Assembly (NCBI GenBank): GCA_028865345.1
Contig: JAGWKL010000009.1
Coordinates: forward strand, 7,382 to 71,381
From: Candidatus Omnitrophota bacterium
GTDB lineage: Bacteria; Omnitrophota; Gorgyraeia; Zapsychrales; Fredricksoniimonadaceae
DNA: 64,000 bases
Direction: 5' to 3'
The translations under genes and the position numbers were made by a program. This document shows positions 20,832-30,575 of the stretch, piece by piece (the first letter of the stretch is position 1; each line of letters opens with the position of its first letter). Below the pieces are notes generated by a model. That model was not told where the DNA came from. It saw only the letters and a list, made by a program, of their open reading frames with translations, and made no database searches.

Positions 20832-21002
20832 ATGATTTTTTGCGCAGTCTGCTTCGGGGATCCCACCTCGCCCCTCACTCACGGATACAATTACGCGGTG
20901 ATCACGTTATTGCTTGTTGTCACCGCTGTCTTATCGGCATTCGGCATGATGTTTTTGAATTTCCGTAAAAGAGAAAGAAATTTCATCCATAAAATAAAAT
21001 AG
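20832..21002 (+). CDS. Small CxxC membrane protein (56 aa), below the ORF-track cutoff
   Basis: MIFCAVCFGDPTSPLTHG, then one TM segment and a basic tail. Directly upstream of oxidase subunit I. Confidence 0.72.
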   Translation: MIFCAVCFGDPTSPLTHGYNYAVITLLLVVTAVLSAFGMMFLNFRKRERNFIHKIK

Positions 21003-21086
21003 AAATTAAATTTACCTTTCAAAGATTTATGGTATAGTTTAGGTTCTTAAGTTAAGGTCAAAAGGTCATTTTGGAGAACAAGCGAT

Positions 21087-22832
21087 ATGGGCGGTTCCCC
21101 CAATAGCGCTTCACATCACGAATCTTTTATCCGCAAGTATATTTTTTCCACAGACCATAAGGTCATTGCCATTCAATACCTGTTTTTAAGCCTGTTTTTT
21201 CTCCTTTTTGGCTTTTTGCTGATGCTTTTGATGCGCTGGCAATTGGCCTATCCCGGGCAACCCGTACCTTTTAATTTTATAGGAAAGCTGTTCGGCCAAA
21301 ACAGTATGCCCGGCGGTGTCATGCTCCCTGAATTTTATAACCAGTTGGGGGCCATGCACGGGACGATCATGGTGTTTTTGGGGGTTGTCCCGCTGGGCTT
21401 CGCTGTTTTTGGAAATTATTTGATCCCTTTGCAGATCGGCGCCAGGGACATGGCCTTTCCACGGTTGAACATGTTCAGCTACTGGTCGTTTTTTGCAGGC
21501 GGCATGTTGATGCTCTCAAGCTTTTTTTGGCCGGGCGGCCCGGCCAGCAACGGCTGGACATCTTATGCCCCCTTGTCCGACATTGCGCATGACGGGCAGA
21601 CCATCTGGCTTTTCAGCATGTTTATCATCATCGTGTCCTCGCTGCTTTCTTCCTTAAATTTTATTGTGACTATCTTTAACCTCCGGGCCCCGGGCATGAC
21701 CTTCGAACGCCTGCCGTTCTTTATCTGGGCCCAACTGGTCACCTCCTTTTTACTGCTGTTAGCTTTCCCGCCGCTGGAAGGGGCCGCGTTTTTGCAATTG
21801 TGCGACCGCCTGCTGGGGACAAGCTTTTTTCTGCCCAGCGGCCTGTTTGTCAACGGCCAGGTCTACAATGTCAGCGGGGGAGGCAATGCGCTGCTTTGGC
21901 AGCATTTGTTCTGGTTTCTGGGCCATCCCGAGGTTTATGTCCTTATCCTGCCGGCCTTAGGCATCGTCACGGAAATCATCGCCAACAACACCAGAAAAAA
22001 TATCAGCGGCTTTAACATGATGCGCGTTTCCGTCATCTTTTTGGGCTTTTTGTCATTTGTCGTCTGGTCGCATCACATGTACTTGACCGGCATGGGCACC
22101 GATATCACAGCCTTTTTCCAATTGACCACCATGATCATCTCGATCCCATCCATCATCATCGTTTCTGCTTTGTTCATCACCTTGTGGGGGGGATCCATCC
22201 GTTTTACCACTCCGATGATCTTTGCCCTTGCCTTTTTACCCATGTTCGGTATCGGCGGGTTGACCGGTTTGCCCCTGGGCCTGGCCGCCACCGACATCCC
22301 TTTGCATGACACCTACTATGTCATCGGGCACTTTCATTATGTCGTGGCCCCGGGCGTTATTTTAGGGCTTTTTGCCGGGATTTATTATTGGTTCCCCAAG
22401 GCCACGGGCCGAAAAATGAATGACCTCCTTGGCCATCTGCATTTTTGGCCTACCTTGATCACCATGAATTTCGTTTTTTTCCCCATGCTCATTCAAGGCC
22501 TGATGGGGGTCAACCGCAGGTTGTACGACGGGGGGGAGACTTATTTATTCATGCATAAAGTGCTTTATTGGAATGTGGTCATCTCCTGGGCGGCCTGGGT
22601 CCTGGCCCTGGCCCAGCTTCCGTTTATCTTCAACTTTTTTTACAGCATGTTCAAAGGCGAAAAAGTCCATTCGGACAATCCCTGGGAGTCCACCACGCTG
22701 GAATGGGCCACACCCACACCGCCTCCGCACGGAAATTTCACCAAACAGCTGACCGTGTATCGCGATCCCTACAGCTACAGCCTGGAGGGAGCGCCTAAAG
22801 ATTACAGCCCACAATATCAGGAGGAGATTTAA
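21087..22832 (+). CDS. ctaD: Cytochrome c oxidase subunit I (A1-type)
   Basis: TDHK D-channel motif, MHG, GWTSY, GHPEVY, WSHHM and HFH. Confidence 0.97.
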   Translation: MGGSPNSASHHESFIRKYIFSTDHKVIAIQYLFLSLFFLLFGFLLMLLMRWQLAYPGQPVPFNFIGKLFGQNSMPGGVMLPEFYNQLGAMHGTIMVFLGVVPLGFAVFGNYLIPLQIGARDMAFPRLNMFSYWSFFAGGMLMLSSFFWPGGPASNGWTSYAPLSDIAHDGQTIWLFSMFIIIVSSLLSSLNFIVTIFNLRAPGMTFERLPFFIWAQLVTSFLLLLAFPPLEGAAFLQLCDRLLGTSFFLPSGLFVNGQVYNVSGGGNALLWQHLFWFLGHPEVYVLILPALGIVTEIIANNTRKNISGFNMMRVSVIFLGFLSFVVWSHHMYLTGMGTDITAFFQLTTMIISIPSIIIVSALFITLWGGSIRFTTPMIFALAFLPMFGIGGLTGLPLGLAATDIPLHDTYYVIGHFHYVVAPGVILGLFAGIYYWFPKATGRKMNDLLGHLHFWPTLITMNFVFFPMLIQGLMGVNRRLYDGGETYLFMHKVLYWNVVISWAAWVLALAQLPFIFNFFYSMFKGEKVHSDNPWESTTLEWATPTPPPHGNFTKQLTVYRDPYSYSLEGAPKDYSPQYQEEI

Positions 22833-22833
22833 T

Positions 22834-23445
22834 TTGGAAGCCGCACATACCGAAGAATTTATCCCTTACATCGTTGAACCCCGCGAAGACACCGGCCTTT
22901 ATAACGCAAAATTCGGCATCTGGCTTTTTTTGGCCTCAGAAGTGATGCTCTTCGGGTCTTTGTTTTCAGCTTACATCCTGCTGCGCGCAGGGTCTTTCAA
23001 CTGGCCGGTGCAGTCCGACGTCCAGAACGTGCCTATCGGCGCCATCAACAGCATTGTCCTTTTGTCATCCAGCATATTTTTTATACGCGCCTGGGTCCAC
23101 TTGAAAGCTGATAATATCGCCAAATATAAACAATTCATGCGTTTGGTGCTTTTGTTTGCTTTTATATTCCTGACGCTTAAAGGTTTTGAGTATTACCAGC
23201 ATTTCAGCCATCATGAATACCCCAAAACAAATGTTTTTTTCGGCCTTTATTATTTAATGACAGGCCTTCATGCCTTGCATATTATCGGCGGAATTATTGT
23301 CAACAGCTTTTATCTTGGGCCCGGCATGCGCCTTAGGTCCACCAACAAACAATGGTTCATCAACCGCCTGGAAGTCGCCGGCCTTTATTGGCATTTTGTG
23401 GACTTAGTCTGGATATTTTTGTTCTCGACCCTGTACCTGCTCTAA
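22834..23445 (+). CDS. ctaE: Cytochrome c oxidase subunit III
   Basis: WLFLASEVMLF, TGLHALH and YWHFVDLVW. TTG start after a GGAGGAG RBS. Confidence 0.95.
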   Translation: MEAAHTEEFIPYIVEPREDTGLYNAKFGIWLFLASEVMLFGSLFSAYILLRAGSFNWPVQSDVQNVPIGAINSIVLLSSSIFFIRAWVHLKADNIAKYKQFMRLVLLFAFIFLTLKGFEYYQHFSHHEYPKTNVFFGLYYLMTGLHALHIIGGIIVNSFYLGPGMRLRSTNKQWFINRLEVAGLYWHFVDLVWIFLFSTLYLL

Positions 23446-23449
23446 ATCT

Positions 23450-23761
23450 ATGGAAGACCATTCGAATTCCGCAGACCTTAAAAGAGATATCCTGATCTAT
23501 GGCGCCATCGTTGTCCTGACGGTCCTGATTGTGCTTATCAGCCGTTTTCATCTGGGCGTATTGGGAATTTTTATCATTGTGCCCATCGCCTGCACGGAAG
23601 CCGGGGTCCTGGCTTATTTTTTCATGCACCTTAGCGCCAAACAAAAAACTCTTCATATGCTTTTGTTGTTGACCATTGTCGTCTTTTTGTCGTTATTATT
23701 TTGGCCCGTGTGGGACATTCTTTATTCACCGAGAACGCCCAGCGCCTATACCACGAATTGA
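23450..23761 (+). CDS. Cytochrome c oxidase subunit IV
   Basis: Three TM segments, YFFMHL motif and operon position. Confidence 0.85.
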   Translation: MEDHSNSADLKRDILIYGAIVVLTVLIVLISRFHLGVLGIFIIVPIACTEAGVLAYFFMHLSAKQKTLHMLLLLTIVVFLSLLFWPVWDILYSPRTPSAYTTN

Positions 23762-23763
23762 TT

Positions 23764-24513
23764 ATGGACAGCCTTTTACAAAAACTCCTTCCCATGCAGC
23801 CTTTAGCGTCGGTGGAAGGCCGTGCCAATGATACCCTGATGTATCTCATTCATGGGCTTATTCTTGTCCTTTTTGTGGGTTGGGCCGTTTATTTTATTAC
23901 GGTCCTGATCAAATTCCGCCAGAGAAAAGGCGTTAAGGCCCGTGAAGTCCCTGTCGCGCATAAAATTTCAACGTCCGTTGAATGGACCGTGGCCTTTCTT
24001 GAACTTTTGCTTCTCTTTGCCTTCTCCATCCCTTTTTGGGCTGTGCACCAGGCGTCGATCCCTAAAGGCAAGAACATCCTGACGATCAAAGTGGTGGCCC
24101 AGCAATTCGCCTGGAACATCCATTATGCCGGCCCTGACGGGAGATTCGGCCATACCTCTGCCCGTTTCCTTAATGATAACCCCCTGGGGCTTGATCCCAG
24201 CGATCCTGACGGTAAAGACGACATCACCACCATGAACGAGATCTATCTGCCGGTCAATAAGCCTGTCATTTTCGACCTGACCAGCAAGGACGTCATCCAC
24301 AGTTTTGGCATACCTGCGATGCGTGTCAAACAAGATGTCATTCCCGGCATGGTCACCCATGTCTGGTTTACCCCGGATAAGATAGGCCAATATGAAGTGG
24401 CGTGTTCCCAGTTGTGCGGCCCGGGGCATTACCGCATGAGGGGCATTATCCATGTTGTGAGCCAGGCCGATTTTGACCAATGGATACAGCAAAACAAAGG
24501 AATCCATGACTGA
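23764..24513 (+). CDS. ctaC: Cytochrome c oxidase subunit II (CuA)
   Basis: QQFAW, DVIHSF and CSQLCGPGHYRM. Confidence 0.95.
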   Translation: MDSLLQKLLPMQPLASVEGRANDTLMYLIHGLILVLFVGWAVYFITVLIKFRQRKGVKAREVPVAHKISTSVEWTVAFLELLLLFAFSIPFWAVHQASIPKGKNILTIKVVAQQFAWNIHYAGPDGRFGHTSARFLNDNPLGLDPSDPDGKDDITTMNEIYLPVNKPVIFDLTSKDVIHSFGIPAMRVKQDVIPGMVTHVWFTPDKIGQYEVACSQLCGPGHYRMRGIIHVVSQADFDQWIQQNKGIHD

Positions 24514-25045
24514 TCATCATCCAACCCCAAGACCGGAAGAACCTGAGGATATCCAAAAGCGTAATTTTATAAAAACCCTGACTGTCGCGATTTTGGGATT
24601 TATAACGTTTTTCTTAACGCAGCCTTTTGTCACCTACCTGTTTCCGGTGGCTAAGGAGGGGACGAAGGAAAAATTTATCAAGGTCCCTAATTTCCCGGCC
24701 ATACCTCTCGAAACGCCTACAAAAATGACCTTCGAATACATGGATGTGCAGGCCTACATCACCAGCAATGTTATTTATGACGTTTGGGTGGTCAAGCATG
24801 CCGCTGATAAAGCCTCCGTCTATAACCCCCTGTGCACGCATTTAAATTGCCGTTACACCTGGGTGGGAAGCCACCATGAATTTATGTGCCCCTGTCACGG
24901 AAGCATATTTAACATCAACGGCAAGGTCGTTGGGGGCCCCGCCCCCAGGCCTTTGGACACCCTTCCTTATAAAATTGAAGGGGGGGAGCTTTATGTCCAT
25001 TGGGAATTGTTTAAAGCCGGCATCCCGCAGAAACTTGAGATTTAA
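24506..25045 (+). CDS. Rieske iron-sulfur subunit of a quinol:cytochrome c reductase
   Basis: Tat-like KRNFI plus TM segment. CTHLNC, CPCHGS and GPAPRPL. Confidence 0.93.
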   Translation: MTDHHPTPRPEEPEDIQKRNFIKTLTVAILGFITFFLTQPFVTYLFPVAKEGTKEKFIKVPNFPAIPLETPTKMTFEYMDVQAYITSNVIYDVWVVKHAADKASVYNPLCTHLNCRYTWVGSHHEFMCPCHGSIFNINGKVVGGPAPRPLDTLPYKIEGGELYVHWELFKAGIPQKLEI

Positions 25046-25076
25046 TGCGTCAAGGCGAACAAAGTAAAGGGCCGTC

Positions 25077-27374
25077 ATGAGTAAGAAAAAATGGCTGCAT
25101 CAGATCAAAGACTGGGTCGATGAACGCACCGGATTGATAAAGGCCGGCGCTGAATTCCTTCATGAAGAAATCCCCGGCGGCACCAGGTTTTCATACACCT
25201 TAGGCAGCGCCTGTTTATTTCTTTTGACCCTCCAGATCGTCACCGGCATCTGGCAGCTTTTTTATTATGTTCCGACCATTGATTATGCGTACTCCAGCTT
25301 AAATTACCTGCGCCTGCAGGTCCCATATGGGTGGCTCATCCACGGCATCCATTATTGGGGAGGGACTTTATTTACCATCGTCGTGGGATTGCACTGCCTG
25401 CGGGTTTTCATCTGGGGGTCCTATAAAAAGCCCCGGGAAATGGTGTGGCTGATGGGCATCGTGCTCATTATCCTGACGGCCCTGTTCATGTTCACCGGTC
25501 CGGTATTGCCCTGGGACAAAAACGGTTACTGGGCGGGGCAGGTGGGCATCGGCATCGCCGGCACCGTCCCTATCGTCGGTCCGCTGACGCAGATGCTGAT
25601 GCAGGGCGCCGACAAGATGGGGCAAATGGCCTTATTGCGCATGTATGTCATGCATGTGGCGCTTTTGCCCGGCGCCATTGCCCTTTTTGTGATTTTGCAT
25701 TTGGTGGCTTTCCGGAAATACGGTGAATCCGGGCCATGGGATAAAAAGAAGCGCGGAGGAGTCGGATATTTCTGGCCGGAACAGATATTCAAGGATGTGC
25801 TGGTTTCATTGTTGATATTCCTTTTGCTTGTTTACCTTTCCGCCTTTCATCCGGCGCCTTTTTCCGGTCTGGCCGACCCCATGGATACGCTTGTCACCCC
25901 TAAACCGGCCTGGAATTTTCTTTTCCTCTATCAATTGCTTAAATTGAAAATATTTTCAGGTCCTTTTGAACCATTGGGCACTGCCGGCATTCCCACGCTC
26001 TTTATCCTGCTTTTTGCTTCACTGCCTTTTGTGGACAAGAGTCCTGAACGCAATCCTTTTAAACGCGGCTTTGTCGTATTAAGCGGGTTTGCTTTTGTGG
26101 GCATGATCTTATATTTAACCTGGCTTGGTTATAGCTACACGTCTCCTGCCGTGGCAGCTCAAAAGGAACAGCCTAACCGCACCATGGTGACCCTTCACCA
26201 TAAAACGCAACCCCCCATGGACCTTCAAGAAACCATGCTCCTTGCCAATGCCAATAAAAAATTGACAGGAAAGAAGTTATTCCATACCTTGGGATGTACG
26301 GAATGCCATACCATAACCGGCAAGCCCAGCAATAAGCAAGGCCCGGACCTTATCATGGCAAAATCCAACAATCGTACCCGTGCCTGGTTATATGAACAGA
26401 TCGTTTCCCCTCAATCGCACAATCCCCGTACGATCATGCCGCCGTTTTCGGATTTAAGCCATAAAAATGTCGAGCTTTTGATTAATTTCCTGGACGGGCT
26501 GAAAGCCCCCAAGACGGCGGCGTTGCCGCCTCCGCCGCCGGCGTCGACAGCCGGAGGGACTGCGGCCGGCAAAGCAGCTGCCATTAAATACGGCGAACAA
26601 CTTTTCAATACAGTGGGCTGTACTCAATGCCATACGATCCAGGGCCGGCCAAGCAACAAGGTAGGGCCGGATTTGATCATAGCCGTCAAAAAGAGCAATC
26701 CTTCCAAAGATTGGCTCAAGACCCAGTTGACAGATCCCCAAGCGCATAATCCCATGAGCATCATGCCTTCATTTTCCAGCCGCTTGAATGACACGCAGAT
26801 GAATGCCGTGATTGTTTTCTTAAAAAGTTTGTCGACAAGAAAAGCAGTGCCATTGCCCGCCGGAGTGACGGAGACATCTTCCAGTAATACGAGTTCATCT
26901 TCGTCTTTCAGCAGCAATGCCGTTTATGCCACCAATATCATCGGTGACAAAGATCACGGAGCCATTCTCTTTCACCAGTCTTGTATCATGTGCCATGGGC
27001 CCCACGGAAACCCCAAAACCCCGGGATTTAACGCCCCCAAAGGCGTCCCGCCCCTTAATCCGATCGACCCCCATATTTTTAACGCCGATCCGCAGGCTTT
27101 TGTCGATCATATAAATACATTTATTCAGCACGGCGCCCCCAATATCGAGGGCGGCCCCAAAATGCCCAACTTCGGCGATTCTAATGCTTTGACCCAGGCC
27201 CAGATAGCGGACCTGGAAGCCTATGTCCTTTCCCTTAACGGAGTTGACCGCACCATGATCATGAACCCCGGGATTCAGCCCAAAGTATTTTTTTATACCT
27301 TACTTTGGATCACCTCTGTTATAATCATGTTAGCTGCAGTGTATTGGTTCGTGATCAGAACGCTTAAAATATAA
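25077..27374 (+). CDS. Cytochrome b fused to three c-type cytochrome domains
   Basis: Heme-b histidines (IHYW..LH, MHV..LH), YKKPRE, and CTECH, CTQCH and CIMCH motifs. Confidence 0.93.
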   Translation: MSKKKWLHQIKDWVDERTGLIKAGAEFLHEEIPGGTRFSYTLGSACLFLLTLQIVTGIWQLFYYVPTIDYAYSSLNYLRLQVPYGWLIHGIHYWGGTLFTIVVGLHCLRVFIWGSYKKPREMVWLMGIVLIILTALFMFTGPVLPWDKNGYWAGQVGIGIAGTVPIVGPLTQMLMQGADKMGQMALLRMYVMHVALLPGAIALFVILHLVAFRKYGESGPWDKKKRGGVGYFWPEQIFKDVLVSLLIFLLLVYLSAFHPAPFSGLADPMDTLVTPKPAWNFLFLYQLLKLKIFSGPFEPLGTAGIPTLFILLFASLPFVDKSPERNPFKRGFVVLSGFAFVGMILYLTWLGYSYTSPAVAAQKEQPNRTMVTLHHKTQPPMDLQETMLLANANKKLTGKKLFHTLGCTECHTITGKPSNKQGPDLIMAKSNNRTRAWLYEQIVSPQSHNPRTIMPPFSDLSHKNVELLINFLDGLKAPKTAALPPPPPASTAGGTAAGKAAAIKYGEQLFNTVGCTQCHTIQGRPSNKVGPDLIIAVKKSNPSKDWLKTQLTDPQAHNPMSIMPSFSSRLNDTQMNAVIVFLKSLSTRKAVPLPAGVTETSSSNTSSSSSFSSNAVYATNIIGDKDHGAILFHQSCIMCHGPHGNPKTPGFNAPKGVPPLNPIDPHIFNADPQAFVDHINTFIQHGAPNIEGGPKMPNFGDSNALTQAQIADLEAYVLSLNGVDRTMIMNPGIQPKVFFYTLLWITSVIIMLAAVYWFVIRTLKI

Positions 27375-27375
27375 T

Positions 27376-28401
27376 TTGCCCCTTCAACTTATGCAGACTG
27401 AAACCTTTGCCCTCCGACGTTTTTCAAAATTCCTTTGTCTTTTGACCCTGGGCCTGATTTTCTTAGGCGCCCTGGTCAAAAGCACCGATTCAGGACTTTC
27501 CGTGCCTGATTGGCCGACCACTTACGGCAAATTCATATACGCTTATCCTCTTAACAAAATGTACGGGGGGATCAAGTTTGAGCAAACCCACCGGCTGCTG
27601 GCATCCTTGGTGGGGATGCTGACCCTGCTTTTGACCATATGGCTTCTTCGTGTCAGGGACATGCCCCTTTGGGTCAGACGTTGGGGCATATTCGCATTTG
27701 TCGCAGTTGTACTTCAAGGTGTTTTAGGGGGACTGGGCGTCATATATTTCCTGCCGGTTTGGCTGACATCCTTACACGGAGTCCTGGCCCAGACATTTCT
27801 TCTGATTCTGATCTTTATCGCCTACGCGTTGTCCGCGGAACGCCATCAGCGTGGCAAGACCCAGGAAGAAGGCCATGACGGGACTTTCCTGAAGCCGGCC
27901 CTCTTTTTGATGGCGATGATCTACATCCAATTGATCATCGGCAATGTCGTGCGTCATTCCGGCTCCGGGCTGGCGGTGCCGGATTTCCCGACGATGGGAT
28001 GGAAGCTGATCCCAACTTTTGATGCCGCCTGGCTTCACAGGATCAACGCCTGGCGCTTCGAGCACAATATGGACCCCGTTACCATGGCCCAGGTATGCAT
28101 CCATCTTCTTCACCGCTTCTGGGCTTTTTTGATCGTCATTAGCCTTCTGTGGACCAATAAGATCGCTTATGACCGGTGCCTGAAGAATGCCGTTATCATG
28201 AAGACCCTGTATTGGCTTAATATTGCGATTATACTGCAAGTGGTTTTGGGGGCCTCCACGGTGCTGTCCCATGAAGAAGTTTATACAACGACCCTGCATG
28301 TGACCACAGGGGCGATCGTATTGACCTTGTCTTTCATCATGGTGCTGCGTTCAGCGCCCATAAAGTGGAAACAATTCAAATCATTGGTTTTTGCAAAATG
28401 A
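27376..28401 (+). CDS. ctaA: Heme A synthase (COX15/CtaA family)
   Basis: SGLSVPDWP, EQTHR, LHG, LHR and LHV. Start is 27376 or 27391. Confidence 0.88.
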   Translation: MPLQLMQTETFALRRFSKFLCLLTLGLIFLGALVKSTDSGLSVPDWPTTYGKFIYAYPLNKMYGGIKFEQTHRLLASLVGMLTLLLTIWLLRVRDMPLWVRRWGIFAFVAVVLQGVLGGLGVIYFLPVWLTSLHGVLAQTFLLILIFIAYALSAERHQRGKTQEEGHDGTFLKPALFLMAMIYIQLIIGNVVRHSGSGLAVPDFPTMGWKLIPTFDAAWLHRINAWRFEHNMDPVTMAQVCIHLLHRFWAFLIVISLLWTNKIAYDRCLKNAVIMKTLYWLNIAIILQVVLGASTVLSHEEVYTTTLHVTTGAIVLTLSFIMVLRSAPIKWKQFKSLVFAK

Positions 28402-29270
28402 AGAATAAATTCAAACTCTATAAGGCCTATTGGAGCATGACCAAGCCCGGCATCATGATGATGGTGCTGGTGACAACCGCCCTGGGGTTCTATTTTGCCG
28501 GCCGCGGCATTCAAGATTCCGTATTGCTTCTTTGGACATTGCTTGGTTCAGGATTGACGTGCGGGGGGGCATCCGTGCTCAATCAATACCTTGAGAGAGA
28601 TGTTGACGCGATCATGCGGCGCACCCAAAACAGGCCCATTCCGACGGGAATCATTGCGCCGGAAGATGCCTTGACCTTCGGTCTTGCCCTTATCTTAAGC
28701 GGCCTGTTCGTGTTCTGCTGGAAGGTCAATTTATTGACGGCGTTCTTGAGCCTGCTGACTTGTTTTTTATATGTTTTAGTCTACACGCCGATGAAAAAAC
28801 TGACCTGGCTGAACACCAGTTTCGGCGCCATTCCGGGAGCCATCCCGCCTTTGGGAGGCTGGGCCGCGGCGACCGATCATTTGGCCCCGGGCGGATGGAT
28901 CCTGTTTTTGATCATGTTCACCTGGCAGCACCCGCATTTTTATTCCATCGCCTGGTTGCTGAAAGATGATTATAAAAAAGCCGGATTTAAAATGCTGCCT
29001 GTCGTCCATCCGGACGCCAAATACACCCTTGTACAGATCACGGCCTTCAGTTTCCTTTTGACCGCCTTTTCGCTGATGCCGTCTTTGGCCGGCATGTCCG
29101 GCAAAATATATTTCTGGGGCGCCCTTGGCCTGGGGATAGGTGTTTTATACACCGCTTTTTTGTTCCAGCACAACCAATCCGACGCCAATGCGCGCAAGAT
29201 CCTGGGCGCATCCATTATGTATCTTCCTCTTTTATTGGTCCTGATCATCGTTGACGGGGCTTTAAGCTGA
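28398..29270 (+). CDS. cyoE: Heme O synthase (protoheme IX farnesyltransferase)
   Basis: TKPGI, ERDVDAIMRRTQNRP, YTPMKK and WQHPHF. Confidence 0.96.
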   Translation: MKNKFKLYKAYWSMTKPGIMMMVLVTTALGFYFAGRGIQDSVLLLWTLLGSGLTCGGASVLNQYLERDVDAIMRRTQNRPIPTGIIAPEDALTFGLALILSGLFVFCWKVNLLTAFLSLLTCFLYVLVYTPMKKLTWLNTSFGAIPGAIPPLGGWAAATDHLAPGGWILFLIMFTWQHPHFYSIAWLLKDDYKKAGFKMLPVVHPDAKYTLVQITAFSFLLTAFSLMPSLAGMSGKIYFWGALGLGIGVLYTAFLFQHNQSDANARKILGASIMYLPLLLVLIIVDGALS

Positions 29271-29271
29271 T

Positions 29272-29691
29272 ATGCATCCGCCTATCCTGCCGACCATCAA
29301 TGCCGGTTTGAACGCTTCTGCGGGAGTCCTTTTGACCTTGGGAGGGATTGCCATCAAGAACAAAGACCGCGTCAGACACAAAAAATTCATGATTTCAGCT
29401 TTTGCCTGTTCGGCTTTGTTCTTATGCACCTACCTGTATTACCACTTCACATCAGGGATCACGTATTATCACGGCAAGGGGATCTTAAGGACGATTTATT
29501 TTATCGTTTTGGGCACGCATACGCCCCTGGCGGTATTGATTGTGCCCTTTATCATCATGGCCATCCGCCATGCCTTAAGAGGGGAGTTTGATAAACACAC
29601 GCGCATTACCCGTTGGCTTTATCCGGCCTGGATTTATGTGTCGGTGACAGGCGTGGTAGTTTACTTCATGCTTTTCGTTCTTCCTGCCTGA
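29272..29691 (+). CDS. DUF420 (CtaM-like) membrane protein
   Basis: LPTINAGLN, HKKFM and WIYVSVTGVVVY. Confidence 0.9.
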   Translation: MHPPILPTINAGLNASAGVLLTLGGIAIKNKDRVRHKKFMISAFACSALFLCTYLYYHFTSGITYYHGKGILRTIYFIVLGTHTPLAVLIVPFIIMAIRHALRGEFDKHTRITRWLYPAWIYVSVTGVVVYFMLFVLPA

Positions 29692-29720
29692 CGACCAAGA
29701 AAAGCTGATTAAGTCTTTTG

Positions 29721-30242
29721 TTATTTATTTTTCCTGCCGGTTATAAACGCGATCCTTTTGGCGATCATCCCCATAAAAAAGTCCGACTGGCCAAGCAATG
29801 TCCCGAAGACCAGCAAACCCGCGTAATAGGTGGGAGGGATAATAGGGATATAGACAAGGACCTTGATCCAAAGGGGCGTTTTGAGGGTAATACCCAGTAC
29901 GTGGAAAATGAATTTACGCACAGGCATGATGAACATGCCCGCCAGAGAGAAGCTCAGCATGATCATCCAGAAGTCCCATTCCTTTTTACATTTGACCCTG
30001 AGGCGTTGAAATACGAAGTACATTCCCATGGTTAAAAAACATGCGGCGGCGATAAATGGGATGGAGGCAAGCAGCCTGACAAAAAGGGACGATTGGGGCG
30101 TAATGCCCAGCATATGGAAGAAAAGCATGGCCAGAAGGCCAAGGCCCGTAAAAGCCATGACAATGCTAAGCAGGGCCCTTCCCAAATCCCAAATGCCGTT
30201 GATCTGCCATTTGGTTGATGGCGTTTCAGTGGAATTCATCAT
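29721..30242 (-). CDS. Hypothetical multi-TM membrane protein
   Basis: Several hydrophobic segments; C-terminal GTLLGQSDFF motif. Confidence 0.7.
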   Translation of the reverse strand: MMNSTETPSTKWQINGIWDLGRALLSIVMAFTGLGLLAMLFFHMLGITPQSSLFVRLLASIPFIAAACFLTMGMYFVFQRLRVKCKKEWDFWMIMLSFSLAGMFIMPVRKFIFHVLGITLKTPLWIKVLVYIPIIPPTYYAGLLVFGTLLGQSDFFMGMIAKRIAFITGRKNK

Positions 30243-30253
30243 TTGCTTCCAGG

Positions 30254-30538
30254 TTATTTTTTTGGTTCAGCCAAAGGAGTCTTTTTTTGAGTGATCACTG
30301 GCAGCTCCTTTGACTTGGTGGCGTTTAACTCTGTGAAACTTTTGTATTTTTCAGGCAGGTCTGAATCCGAATAAATGGCCTGTACGGGGCATTCCGGAAT
30401 GCAGGCGCCGCAATCAATGCAAACCTCAGGGTCGATGACCAGCATTTCTTTATCTTCATGAAAGCAGTCCACGGGGCAGACCGTGACGCAATCGGTATAT
30501 TTACATTTAATGCAGGGTTCTGTAACGATGTGGGCCAT
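30254..30538 (-). CDS. fdxA: FdxA-type (7Fe) ferredoxin
   Basis: [18 protein letters not shown] and [12 protein letters not shown]. Confidence 0.93.
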   Translation of the reverse strand: MAHIVTEPCIKCKYTDCVTVCPVDCFHEDKEMLVIDPEVCIDCGACIPECPVQAIYSDSDLPEKYKSFTELNATKSKELPVITQKKTPLAEPKK

Positions 30539-30575
30539 ATAAATTCTCCTTGAACTTTTGAATTACTATATCAAA

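Noticed and set aside
25188-25215. Heme ci attachment site in cytochrome b
   Set aside because: The position of the b6 YCLGG cysteine reads YTLGS. The nearby Cys is offset, so it is not supportable.
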